A stretch of DNA of 49,204 nt, from NCBI GenBank assembly GCA_964432835.1, contig CAYSPA010000001.1:1-49204 (forward strand), read 5' to 3'. The position numbers and the translations under genes were made by a program. This DNA comes from an uncultured Thermoplasmatales archaeon (GTDB lineage: Archaea > Thermoplasmatota > E2 > DHVEG-1 > B18-G2). The notes beneath the pieces are model-generated. The model made no database searches and was not told where the DNA came from. It worked only from the letters and a program-made list of their open reading frames with translations. This document shows positions 27,343-36,707 of the stretch, in pieces (within the stretch, counting starts at the first letter, position 1; every line of letters starts with the position of its first letter).

Positions 27343-28209
27343 TCACATCACCTCCTTCCTCCTTATAAACTCCTCAAGTGGGGAGATTATGTTTATGGTT
27401 CCACCTTCGGTGATCTCAAAAACCCATGTTCTCGTATCATGACCCGTGAGTCTGCATCCATCTATTCTTATGGTTCTCAGAACACTTCCCAGAGGCAATT
27501 TGAACGTCGTTATATCCCATCTGGTCTCTATGAGTTTCTTATCCATGACGATGCTTCCATCCACTATATGTGCTACCGCCAGACCTCCGGCTGCTTCTGC
27601 TGTCTCTGCGCCCTGTGCAGATCTTTTCTGAGAAACAAACAGAGCGGTCTGCTTCCATTTCTTCAGGAAGTTGAAGAACTGCCTCACTATCTGGCGCGCC
27701 ATCATCTCCTTGTGCTCGTATAAGCCAGTTATACTGTCTATTATGACGTTCGTTGTTTTCTTCTCTCTTATGGCGTATGCCATCGTATCCATGAGCGCCC
27801 TCGGGTCTTCTCTCAACTCGGGATTCTCGGATGCATCTATGACAACGATGTTTTTCGATATTCTGTCAAAGTCCATCCCCAGATACGCTGATTTTGCCTT
27901 GAGAGATGTGTAAAGGAAGTTTGCTGGAGATTCAACCGTTATGAATAACACTTTATAACCCTCATTGGCCTGATAGAGAGCAAACTGCTCCGCAAGCAAA
28001 CTTTTTCCGCTATCTGGAACGCCTGTAAGATTGATGATTGATAGATGGGGTATTCCTCCAAGTGGTTTCTTTACAGGTTTGTCTCCCTCAATTTCCACCT
28101 TCCAGAACATCTCATCAAGTTTTGTTCCGGTTGGTATTCCGAACAGTTTTGGTGCCCTTTCCTTCAGTTCGCTGAGTTCATAGTATACTCTCTCCTCGCT
28201 GCCCTGCAC
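27343..28209 (-). CDS. KaiC-like / RecA-superfamily ATPase
   Basis: 288 aa with Walker A GVPDSGKS, Walker B-like NVIIDSITG and a single KaiC/RadA-like domain. Confidence 0.8.
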   Translation of the reverse strand: MQGSEERVYYELSELKERAPKLFGIPTGTKLDEMFWKVEIEGDKPVKKPLGGIPHLSIINLTGVPDSGKSLLAEQFALYQANEGYKVLFITVESPANFLYTSLKAKSAYLGMDFDRISKNIVVIDASENPELREDPRALMDTMAYAIREKKTTNVIIDSITGLYEHKEMMARQIVRQFFNFLKKWKQTALFVSQKRSAQGAETAEAAGGLAVAHIVDGSIVMDKKLIETRWDITTFKLPLGSVLRTIRIDGCRLTGHDTRTWVFEITEGGTINIISPLEEFIRRKEVM

Positions 28210-28394
28210 CTTACCACCTCCCTAAAATTATCTAATGAAATATGTTAGAGGTTATTTAAATAGTTTTCCATCGAGGTACAGGGAGACGTTTGCATCATTA
28301 TCCACACACAACCGGGTTGAATCAATATCGGTTTAACGTTGTCTCCAGTCAACAGGACAAAACTATTTTATATTTCTTCACTATCCGATGGAAG

Positions 28395-29141
28395 ATGAAG
28401 GTCCTTGATTACATAATGGAAGAGCTGGAGAAATATCCTCTGCATTTTTCACTCATAGATCCAGATAAACAACCACCTGAAGATGCTGGAGAAATGGCAG
28501 AGATTGCGGAGAGAGTAGGGAGCACAGCCATCATGGTGGGTGGTTCAACGGTATCTGATGAGAAACTGGTTGACGATACCGTCAAGGAGATAAAATCAGC
28601 ATCGTCACTTCCTGTAATTCTATTTCCAAGCAGCGCAAACTCCCTGAGCAGGTATGCGGATGCCATTTTCTTCATGTCTCTACTGAACTCTAAAAATCCG
28701 AGGTACATAATCGGAGAGCAGATGAAAGGCGCCATGACCATCAAAAAACTCGGGATAGAACCAATATCTATGGGATATATAGTTGTGGAGCCAGGCATGA
28801 AAGTTGGAGAGGTCGGTGAGGTTGAGCTGATAAAGAGAAACGATTTTATCACGGCAGCAGGGTATGCGCTCGCCGCCCAGTATCTGGGAATGAAATTTGT
28901 CTATCTCGAAGCAGGCTCTGGGGCGAATGAACCCGTTCCAAGCGAAATGATAGTTTTTGTCAAGAAGAATATAGAGATTCCCCTGATAGTGGGTGGTGGT
29001 ATAAGAGATCCATCAACTGCGAGAGAGAAAGTCATGGCTGGCGCAGATATAATAGTGACGGGTACAGCTCTCGAGGAGCTGTTCTTTGAGAGGAAACTGT
29101 CAAGTATAGTCAAAACAATAAAGGAATGCAAAAGAGTATGA
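28395..29141 (+). CDS. Geranylgeranylglyceryl phosphate synthase (PcrB/GGGPS family)
   Basis: ORF 28290..29141; ATG 28395 preferred (MKVLDYIMEELEK...). HFSLIDPDK, IMVGGS, VYLEAGSGA and LIVGGGIR match the GGGPS TIM-barrel motifs. Confidence 0.85.
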   Translation: MKVLDYIMEELEKYPLHFSLIDPDKQPPEDAGEMAEIAERVGSTAIMVGGSTVSDEKLVDDTVKEIKSASSLPVILFPSSANSLSRYADAIFFMSLLNSKNPRYIIGEQMKGAMTIKKLGIEPISMGYIVVEPGMKVGEVGEVELIKRNDFITAAGYALAAQYLGMKFVYLEAGSGANEPVPSEMIVFVKKNIEIPLIVGGGIRDPSTAREKVMAGADIIVTGTALEELFFERKLSSIVKTIKECKRV

Positions 29142-29701
29142 GAATAGTAGTCGGCATAAGTGGCGCATCCGGAGCTATATATGCTGTGAGGCTTCTGGAA
29201 GAACTCAGTAAGAGAAGTATTGACACAATTCTTCTGGTCTCCGAAACCGGAGAGAAAATTCTGGAAGATGAGACGGGAATAAAGAAAGAGGATCTCCGTA
29301 AACTCGTGAATGCAATGTATGATAATGATGATTTTTTCTCACCCCTCGCCAGCGGTACATTCGGGGTAGATGGAATGGTTATCGTGCCATGCAGCGTTAA
29401 AACCCTATCTGCGGTGGCAAATGGATACGCCGATACACTGATGGCAAGATCGGCCATAAACTGCCTCAAGGAAGGAAGAAAACTTATACTGGTATTGAGA
29501 GAAACACCCCTTGATTTGATAACCATAAAGAACATGCTTGCCGCAAGGGAGGCGGGAGCAGTTATACTGCCTGCTATGCCCGCATTTTACCATAAACCTT
29601 CCACCATAGACGATATGGTGAATTTCGTGGTTGGAAAGATACTTGACCAGTTAAATATCGAGCACGAGCTTTTCCCGAGGTGGGAAGGAAGAAAAAGATG
29701 A
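29138..29701 (+). CDS. ubiX: UbiX-family flavin prenyltransferase (prFMN synthase)
   Basis: MRIVVGISGASGAIYAVRLL N-terminus, MVIVPCSVKTLSAVANG. ATG 29138 overlaps the GGGPS stop (ATGA); alternative start 29126. Confidence 0.85.
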   Translation: MRIVVGISGASGAIYAVRLLEELSKRSIDTILLVSETGEKILEDETGIKKEDLRKLVNAMYDNDDFFSPLASGTFGVDGMVIVPCSVKTLSAVANGYADTLMARSAINCLKEGRKLILVLRETPLDLITIKNMLAAREAGAVILPAMPAFYHKPSTIDDMVNFVVGKILDQLNIEHELFPRWEGRKR

Positions 29702-29705
29702 TTTT

Positions 29706-30281
29706 TCACTCCTTGCACATCTCGATAAAGTTCTCAAAAATCTGTGCCCCGTACTCGGTGTGTTCCACCTCGGGATGAAACTGCAAACCAACAATAGCTC
29801 TCTCTTTATGCGCCATGGCTTCCACTCTGCAACTTTCTGAGTGCGCGAGTATTACAAAATCCCGTGGAACGACGGTAACTTCATCGTTGTGAGACGCCCA
29901 TGCTATGCTCCTTTCCGGTATTCCTTTGAAAATCGGATGCTCCGCATCGATAATTATCTCGACCTTCCCAAACTCGGGAACCTCGGCAGGCTGAACTTCA
30001 CCTCCAAAGTGTCTTGCTATGAACTGATGACCTGCACATATTCCGAGTACAGGAAAATCCGCCCTATCGAGATACTCGGCACATCTGCCCAGCTCTTCCT
30101 TCAGACCTATCCTGGGCGCTCCTCCAGATAATACTAGTCCATCAACTCCCTCTTCAACCAGTTTTTCAAAGGGTGTATTGTTCGGAAAGATGCGAGCATC
30201 CACGCCAAGATATTTCAACACGCGCCATTCCCTGTGCGTCCACTGTCCACCATTATCTATAACAAATACCCTGGTCACCAT
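29706..30281 (-). CDS. guaAA: GMP synthase (glutamine-hydrolysing) subunit A, amidotransferase
   Basis: 191 aa, class I GATase with GICAGHQ catalytic Cys and a HPE triad element. Confidence 0.9.
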   Translation of the reverse strand: MVTRVFVIDNGGQWTHREWRVLKYLGVDARIFPNNTPFEKLVEEGVDGLVLSGGAPRIGLKEELGRCAEYLDRADFPVLGICAGHQFIARHFGGEVQPAEVPEFGKVEIIIDAEHPIFKGIPERSIAWASHNDEVTVVPRDFVILAHSESCRVEAMAHKERAIVGLQFHPEVEHTEYGAQIFENFIEMCKE

Positions 30282-30282
30282 A

Positions 30283-31239
30283 CTACTCCCACTCTATCGT
30301 TGCAGGGGGCTTGTTTGTTATGTCATAAACAACTCTCGTCACTTTATCTCCCATCTCATTAGATATTCTGGTGGCAATCCTGTCCAGCACATCGTAAGGA
30401 ACTCTGCTGAAGGAACCGCTCATCGCATCGACGCTATCTATCGCCCTGACCGCTATCGTGTATCCATAGGCTCTCTTGTCTCCATGCACACCAACGGTCT
30501 TTACAGGTATCAGAACGGCGAAGTACTGCCATGGTCTCTTTATCTTCCCACTCTCACTGGCTTTTTCTATCTCTTCTTCCACAATTGAGCATGCTTCCCT
30601 GACTATCTCAACCCTCTCTCTGGTGACTTCCCCCACGACCCTGATGGCCAACCCCGGTCCCGGAAAAGGTTGTCTTTCGGAAATTGGCAGGTTCAGATAT
30701 CGGGCAACCTTTCTGACCTCGTCTTTATAGAGATCTCTCAAAGGCTCGACTATTTTGAGTTTTACGTTTTCTGGAAGACCGCCGACATTGTGATGACTCT
30801 TAATGGTCTCTCTTAATTCATCTCCCGACTCTATCCAGTCGGGTGCTATCGTCCCCTGTATCAGATACTCTATGCCATGTCGCTCTGCAAATTCCTCAAA
30901 AATTCTTATGAACAACTCTCCGATGATCTTTCTCTTCTCTTCAGGGTCAACAACTCCCTTCAAGGCTTCAAAAAATCTGTCGCTCTCATCGAGATAGTAC
31001 AGTTTTATACCCAGTTGCTCAAACAGTTTTTTAACCTCTTCACTTTCACCCTTCCTCAGAAGGCCGGTGTTTACATGAAGTGCATACAGATCATCTCCCA
31101 GCGCTCTATTCGCCAGAACGGCACACACCGTTGAATCTACACCTCCAGAGCACGCGATGAGAGCCTTTCCTTTGATCTGTTCTTTCAAATCTTTCACAGC
31201 CTCATCGACAAATCTGTCAGGATCGAACATCGACTTCAC
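30283..31239 (-). CDS. guaAB: GMP synthase subunit B, ATP pyrophosphatase
   Basis: 318 aa with PP-loop SGGVDS, a GMP synthase C-terminal domain and the terminal PPATIEWE. Confidence 0.9.
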   Translation of the reverse strand: MKSMFDPDRFVDEAVKDLKEQIKGKALIACSGGVDSTVCAVLANRALGDDLYALHVNTGLLRKGESEEVKKLFEQLGIKLYYLDESDRFFEALKGVVDPEEKRKIIGELFIRIFEEFAERHGIEYLIQGTIAPDWIESGDELRETIKSHHNVGGLPENVKLKIVEPLRDLYKDEVRKVARYLNLPISERQPFPGPGLAIRVVGEVTRERVEIVREACSIVEEEIEKASESGKIKRPWQYFAVLIPVKTVGVHGDKRAYGYTIAVRAIDSVDAMSGSFSRVPYDVLDRIATRISNEMGDKVTRVVYDITNKPPATIEWE

Positions 31240-31681
31240 CTATGGCTTTTCTTCTCATCTCTTCCCTGTATTCTTTCAATTTATCTTCGAGTTCCCCATA
31301 TTTCAGGGATAGTATCTCCACGGCAAGTAGAGCGGCATTTTCTCCTCTATCCAGGCCAACCGCCGCAACCGGTATGCCCGGCGGCATCTGCACTATCGAT
31401 AATATAGCATCAAGATTCACCTTGCCACTCACCGGAACCCCAATAACTGGCTTTGTGGTGTGAGCCGCGATAGCTCCGGGGAGAGCGGCAGACAATCCGG
31501 CTATTCCTATGAACACATCTGCATCGCTCTTTTCAACTATCTCTTTAAGCCTGTCCGGTGTTCTGTGAGCGGATGCGACATCTACCCTGTAATCCACTCC
31601 GAATTTCTCGAGCATCTCCACGGCTTTATCCGCGACCTTTTGATCCGATTTGGAACCCATTATGAGATGCACCTTCATCAA
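31217..31681 (-). CDS. purE: 5-(carboxyamino)imidazole ribonucleotide mutase
   Basis: 154 aa with [19 protein letters not shown] and [14 protein letters not shown]. Confidence 0.9.
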   Translation of the reverse strand: MMKVHLIMGSKSDQKVADKAVEMLEKFGVDYRVDVASAHRTPDRLKEIVEKSDADVFIGIAGLSAALPGAIAAHTTKPVIGVPVSGKVNLDAILSIVQMPPGIPVAAVGLDRGENAALLAVEILSLKYGELEDKLKEYREEMRRKAIGEVDVRS

Positions 31682-31717
31682 GTGAGGTATAGTACATCAG
31701 TTTATTAATTATTATCT

Positions 31718-31760
31718 AAAAATGCACACAAAATCTTTCGTACGGAGCTTCGAAAGATTT
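31718..31760 (-). terminator. Hairpin plus T5 tract immediately after thiC
   Basis: The minus strand reads TGA-AATCTTTCG-aagctccgta-CGAAAGATTT-tgtgtgca-TTTTT. The inverted repeat is a perfect 10 bp (31731-31740 / 31751-31760). Confidence 0.6.
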
Positions 31761-33076
31761 CACTCGGTGGACTTTCTCGATGCCGTCTCCTCCTGCCGAT
31801 TCACCCTGAGATACCTATTTACTATCTTTATGGCGCACAATTTTCCGCACATTGTACATGTTGATGGGTCTTCAAGAGGTGGCCTCCTTGACCTGTATTC
31901 CTTGGCTTTCTCAGGGTCTATAGCCAGTTCAAACATCCTTTTCCAGTCCAGTCTGTCTCTCGCTCTGCTGAATTCATCATCTATATCTTTATCTATTCCT
32001 CTCGCAAGATCTGCAGCATGAGCGGCGATTCTGGCAGTTATCACACCTTCCTTGACATCATTCACATCTGGCAGAGACAGGTGCTCTGCGGGTGTAACGT
32101 AGCAGAGAAAATCAGCTCCATAGTATCCCGCGATCGCCCCTCCTATTGCACCTACCACGTGATCATATCCGGGTGCAATATCTGTAACAAGGGGTCCGAG
32201 CACGAAATAAGGCGCATCATTGGTTACGGTCTTCATCACCCTGATGTTTGCTTCGATGTGATTCAGGGGCATGTGACCGGGTCCTTCTACCATTGTTTGA
32301 ACACCCTTTTCCCTTGCTCTCTCCACCAGTTCTCCGATTATAAGGAGTTCCTGAAACTTGGCTCTATCGTTGGAGTCTGCCGTCGCTCCGGACCTCATCC
32401 CATCTCCTAAGCTGAGGGTGAGGTCATACTCCTTAGCTATCTCAAGAAGATAATCAAAATTCTTGTAAAGGGGATTTTCCTCATCGTTATGTATTATCCA
32501 CGCGGTGTGAAAAGCTCCTCCTCTTGAGACCATAGGTATGATTCTCTCCTGTCTTTTCAATCTCTCCACACTCTCTTTTGTCACCCCAACATGGGCCACG
32601 GCAAAATCCACACCCTGTTTCGCCTGATGCTCAAAAACATTTAGCATATCGTCTTCACTCATATCGACTATACTGCCATATTTTTTTATAGCTTCAACCG
32701 CGGCCTGATAGATTGGCACGGTACCAAAAGGCACATCAACCACATCGAGAAGAGATCTTCTTATCTTATCTAGGTCTCCACCTGTTGATAAATCCATGAC
32801 CGCATGGGCTCCATATTTTATCGCTACTTTTGCCTTTTCAATCTCTTCTTCCAGATTACAGTGGTCTCTGGATGTTCCTATATTTGCATTGATTTTTACT
32901 CTCAATCCTTTGCCTATGCCAAGGGAACGTGGGGAATGTATCGGGTTGTATGGTATAACTATCTTTCCGGCGGCGACCCTCCGCCTTATGACTTCTACAT
33001 CGATATACTCTTCCTTTGCAACATCCTTCATCTGCTCCGTAATATGACCAAGTTTTGCTTCTGATATCTGGGTCAT
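31760..33076 (-). CDS. thiC: Phosphomethylpyrimidine synthase
   Basis: 438 aa with GTVPIYQA, MVSRGG, MVEGPGH and the C-terminal cluster CTMCGKLC. Confidence 0.9.
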   Translation of the reverse strand: MTQISEAKLGHITEQMKDVAKEEYIDVEVIRRRVAAGKIVIPYNPIHSPRSLGIGKGLRVKINANIGTSRDHCNLEEEIEKAKVAIKYGAHAVMDLSTGGDLDKIRRSLLDVVDVPFGTVPIYQAAVEAIKKYGSIVDMSEDDMLNVFEHQAKQGVDFAVAHVGVTKESVERLKRQERIIPMVSRGGAFHTAWIIHNDEENPLYKNFDYLLEIAKEYDLTLSLGDGMRSGATADSNDRAKFQELLIIGELVERAREKGVQTMVEGPGHMPLNHIEANIRVMKTVTNDAPYFVLGPLVTDIAPGYDHVVGAIGGAIAGYYGADFLCYVTPAEHLSLPDVNDVKEGVITARIAAHAADLARGIDKDIDDEFSRARDRLDWKRMFELAIDPEKAKEYRSRRPPLEDPSTCTMCGKLCAIKIVNRYLRVNRQEETASRKSTE

Positions 33077-33128
33077 CTCAACCCTTTATACAGTAAGGAG
33101 TATATATCTTTTTTATAGTTTTGAACTT

Positions 33129-34361
33129 TTACGGAAGCATCCTGGTTATCCAGACATTTCCCTCTCCATCCAAATCCACGGAAATCCTCTGTTCACCGTC
33201 TAGCCATGATATGGAGCCATTGACGGCACATTTTCCTACCTTGAAGCCAACATATGTTGGAAATTTCCACACCTTCTGATAGGTTGATGTAGTCTTTATA
33301 TCCAGGCTCATGGTGAGATCGATTCTTTCGAGCAGGATATTGTGTGTTTTCTTTGCCGAAAGATAGAATCTTGTTGGAAACTTCGTGAAGAGAAATATTT
33401 TCTCCGATGTCTTGGGTTCGAGGTTAAAAACTTTGAACTCCGTGACCGAGTCTCCTCCCGTGGATATTATGAGGGTTCCAAATGGATTTATACTGGCCAA
33501 TACTTTGGAGGATGGGTAGAATTTACTTATGTAGAGCACCCATCCGTTTGACAATCTAACCTGCATCCAGTCCCAGCCACCTATCAAGAACTTTCTCATG
33601 TAGATGGGCGACCAGGAATGCCCATGGAACCCGGTGCCTCCAACGCTGTAAGTTTTTCCGTCTATTGTTACCTGTCCACTGACCTCACATCCAAGTATAA
33701 CATAGCTTGCAAACTTACTCTTTGACTCGTTGAATAATCTCGTGTTAAATGTCCATATCGGAAGAGCATGGGCAAAGAAATCGAGATCTATAACAACTGT
33801 ATGCCCCGTATATCCCACATCCCTAGTCTCGGCATGAACATGCCATCTTGGATACTTCCCCTCTGCCCACGAGTTTCTGAATTTCACGTCAACGCCCGGG
33901 GTCGTCGCCTTCAGCGTCCCTCTGAAATCATTCTTCATCCCTCCATAAACGTTGCCACCATCATCATAGAGAACAACGGTTAGAAGGTCTGGTTTGAACT
34001 GCCCAAATAAATCACCATATGCCATGTGATTGAAACTTACTATAACCCCCCAGCCATCCAATTCAGAACTCTCGTTGAATATGGCGGAGAAGTACCACCA
34101 CTCTCTGTTCACCAGGATGGATTTGTAGTGACATCCCTCATCTATGGATGTCAGGGTTCTCCTTGAAGGTATGATAAAAGAAGATGGCGGCTCCGGGGGT
34201 TTCTGAACAGTGAGATTCTCCTGAGGAATCTGCTTCTCTACGGGTTCCTCCTCTATGACCTCTGGAGGAACGTATCCCGCCCTGTAGAAAAGAACAGAAG
34301 CAATCAGGACGGTTATGATCATTATTGCTAAGTCGGATTTCTTCATTTTCATACCCATCAT
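33129..34361 (-). CDS. Membrane-anchored lipocalin-like / CrtC-AttH-family domain protein
   Basis: 410 aa with N-terminal anchor LAIMIITVLIASVLF. REWWYFSAIF and GTGFHGHSWSP resemble the EWWY and G.G.HDH.WG motifs of hydroxyneurosporene-synthase-like (CrtC/AttH) proteins. Assigned by eye only. Confidence 0.5.
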   Translation of the reverse strand: MMGMKMKKSDLAIMIITVLIASVLFYRAGYVPPEVIEEEPVEKQIPQENLTVQKPPEPPSSFIIPSRRTLTSIDEGCHYKSILVNREWWYFSAIFNESSELDGWGVIVSFNHMAYGDLFGQFKPDLLTVVLYDDGGNVYGGMKNDFRGTLKATTPGVDVKFRNSWAEGKYPRWHVHAETRDVGYTGHTVVIDLDFFAHALPIWTFNTRLFNESKSKFASYVILGCEVSGQVTIDGKTYSVGGTGFHGHSWSPIYMRKFLIGGWDWMQVRLSNGWVLYISKFYPSSKVLASINPFGTLIISTGGDSVTEFKVFNLEPKTSEKIFLFTKFPTRFYLSAKKTHNILLERIDLTMSLDIKTTSTYQKVWKFPTYVGFKVGKCAVNGSISWLDGEQRISVDLDGEGNVWITRMLP

Positions 34362-34542
34362 TTAATTACAACTATTTGAATAATTCTCTGAAATTTTTAT
34401 TTATTAAAGCTTTTGTAACATCCGTTGCCTCCACGGAGAATATAAGGATGTTTGCCAAGGATAGATTCTCGAGATGACCCTCAAGGTACACAAAAGAACA
34501 AAGAGCAACTCTCTTCACAGGTCACTAGAATAGATCCGGCTC

Positions 34543-35015
34543 CATGATGGTTGCATTCATTCTGATGCTTCAGCCGATTCGAGTTTTGACCTCATAGTGA
34601 TAGATTACTCAAGAGATGGAAGTGAGGAAGGCAGATATTCTCCTGATGAATTTCAGAAGACGAAGGATAAAGGAATCATACCCATAGCATATCTCAGCAT
34701 AGGCGAAGTGGAGGACCACCGATTCTACTGGAATGAAAGCTGGTACGAGAATCCCCCAGAATGGCTTGGAAGAGAAAACCCGGAGTGGGAAGGTAATTAT
34801 GCAGTGAAGTACTGGAGCAATGAACAAACCCGTGTTCAGTGTTGATTATGTAGATGATAGCTCTGGATATGCTGGCGAAAATAAACAGAGAATCGATGAT
34901 TACATAGAACTGTGCCGGAGGCAAGGGTTACATACCGTACGCTGCCCTATCAGATAGAGAACTTGACGAGATAAACCCAATTGAAGACATTCAACCCGGC
35001 ACTTCGAGCTCGTAA
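34543..35015 (+). pseudogene. Degraded GH114 / TM1410-like (endo-alpha-1,4-polygalactosaminidase family) gene remnant
   Basis: Frame 1 (34543..34845) reads FDLIVIDYSRDG...IPIAYLSIGEVEDHRFYWNESW...NPEWEGNYAVKYW, then stops. The family-like continuation (VDYVDDSSGY...YIELCRRQG) is in another frame with further stops. The total length is far shorter than an intact member. Confidence 0.5.
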
Positions 35016-35059
35016 CAGAAAACATCAACTATTTAATATGATAGAGAAATTACGATTCG

Positions 35060-35587
35060 ATGACGCCAACAGAAGACCTTGAAAAGCTCATTCCCGAACT
35101 GCAGTGGATAGATGACGAAGATTTGAAGGAAAAGGTTATCAGAGTGTGGATAGAAGCTACAAGGAGAGGTGGATGGAATAATGTACAGGAAATTCCTTTT
35201 ACCCTATCTTTCAAGAACTCGGGAACACTGATCGAGCATACGAGGAGGGTCGCTAAACTGGTCAAAAGTGTGGCTTCACAGAGAGACGAGGAGATCAATA
35301 TGAACCATCTCATTGCTGGCGCCCTGCTGCACGATATCGGCAAAGCCCTGGAATACGAGAAAGTTGGAAACGAGATAAGGGTAAGCGAATACGGGAAAAA
35401 GGTGAGACACCCCATATCCGGAGCAAATCTGGCAAGAGAACTCGGTGTACCAGAGGAGGTTGCTCATATCATAGAGAGTCATTCTCATGAAGGGGACAAA
35501 ATGAAGAGGAGCAGGGAATCCATCATCGTTCATCACTGCGATTTCATCGATTTTGAGTTGAGGAGGAGAGAGGTTGAAGGAGATTAA
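35060..35587 (+). CDS. HD-domain metal-dependent phosphohydrolase
   Basis: 175 aa with the H...HD motif as LLHDIGKALEYE plus downstream His residues (IIESHSHEGD). Overlaps the next gene by 14 nt. Confidence 0.75.
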   Translation: MTPTEDLEKLIPELQWIDDEDLKEKVIRVWIEATRRGGWNNVQEIPFTLSFKNSGTLIEHTRRVAKLVKSVASQRDEEINMNHLIAGALLHDIGKALEYEKVGNEIRVSEYGKKVRHPISGANLARELGVPEEVAHIIESHSHEGDKMKRSRESIIVHHCDFIDFELRRREVEGD

Positions 35588-36707
35588 AGTTGGCACCGAA
35601 AACGAGAGGGATTGTCTTGTAACGGTCAGAGATGGTAAAGGCGTAAATATCAATGCCGAGGCAAAGGTGGAGCTGACCAGAGAAGATATCGTCGATGTCA
35701 TCGAGGAATGTATAAATCTCTACGATGTTGATAACATAAATGTAACGGTGCGAGAATTTGGCGCCCTCGATTACGTAATAAGAGCGAGAACCTGCTGCGC
35801 CCTCTACAAATTCACCGGAAAAAAGGTGAAAGAGGAGGTCTTCACCAGAAAAGAAACAGAAAGAGACAAACTCAGGAGAAGCAGGCTGTATGTTCCCGGA
35901 AACAACCCGAGATTGCAGATAAATGCGGGTATATTTGGAAGTGATTGTATCATTCTCGACCTTGAAGATTCCGTACCTCCCGAGCAGAAGGAGGCAGCCA
36001 GATTCCTCGTTAAGGAGGCGCTGAAAACCCTCGATTTTGAAGAGACGGAGGTGTGGGTGAGAGTGAACAGAGAGTTTCTCGAGGAGGATATCGAGCAGGT
36101 GCTCGTGGGAAATCCACACGGAATATGCCTGCCAAAAAGCGAGTGCGCGGAGGATGTAAAAGAGGTTGAGAGAATCATAGGGAAATACGAAAAGATGTAC
36201 TCCATAAAGGGTACAAAACTGATGCCAATAATAGAGAGCGCAAGAGGTATATTGAATCTCGAGGAAATCGCGGGAGCAAGTGATAGAATAGTTGCCCTCG
36301 CTTTTGGTGCCGAGGATTTCACCAGAGATATCGGAGGAGAGAAGAGCTGGGATACTTTACTGTATGCACGCTCAAAGCTCGTTACAGTTGCAAAATCCTT
36401 CGATATACAGGCTCTCGATACAGTTTATAGTAGAATTGATGATATCGAGGGGCTCATGGAAGAAACGAGAAGAATCATAAAGATGGGCTTCGATGGTAAG
36501 GGTGCAATCCATCCGGAGCAGATAAGATACATACACGAGTGCTTTACACCCACGGAAGAGGAAATCGAATATGCCAAGAGAGTTATGGAAGCTATAGAGG
36601 AAGCTAAAAAGCGAGGCCTTGGTACAATCTCTCTTGACGGTAGGATGATAGACAAACCAATCGTCAAAAGAGCGGAGAGAATATTGAGATTGGGAGGTGT
36701 GCTATGA
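35574..36707 (+). CDS. citE: Fusion of citrate lyase acyl-carrier (CitD-like) domain and citrate (pro-3S)-lyase beta / citryl-CoA lyase (CitE)
   Basis: TTG start behind GAGGAGGAGAGAGG. The N-terminal ~90 aa is CitD-like (VGTENERDCLVTV..., FGALDYVIRAR). The rest is CitE/HpcH-like (RRSRLYVPGNNPR, IILDLEDSV, AFGAEDFT). Confidence 0.75.
   Translation: MKEIKVGTENERDCLVTVRDGKGVNINAEAKVELTREDIVDVIEECINLYDVDNINVTVREFGALDYVIRARTCCALYKFTGKKVKEEVFTRKETERDKLRRSRLYVPGNNPRLQINAGIFGSDCIILDLEDSVPPEQKEAARFLVKEALKTLDFEETEVWVRVNREFLEEDIEQVLVGNPHGICLPKSECAEDVKEVERIIGKYEKMYSIKGTKLMPIIESARGILNLEEIAGASDRIVALAFGAEDFTRDIGGEKSWDTLLYARSKLVTVAKSFDIQALDTVYSRIDDIEGLMEETRRIIKMGFDGKGAIHPEQIRYIHECFTPTEEEIEYAKRVMEAIEEAKKRGLGTISLDGRMIDKPIVKRAERILRLGGVL

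Noticed and set aside
33077-33128. TPP riboswitch upstream of thiC.
   Set aside because: Only about 50 nt of AT-rich promoter-like sequence is available, which is too short for the aptamer.
35544-36322. Minus-strand ORFs 35544..36119 (191 aa) and 35804..36322 (172 aa).
   Set aside because: They are antisense to the CitD-CitE gene, with serine/leucine-rich shadow translations.
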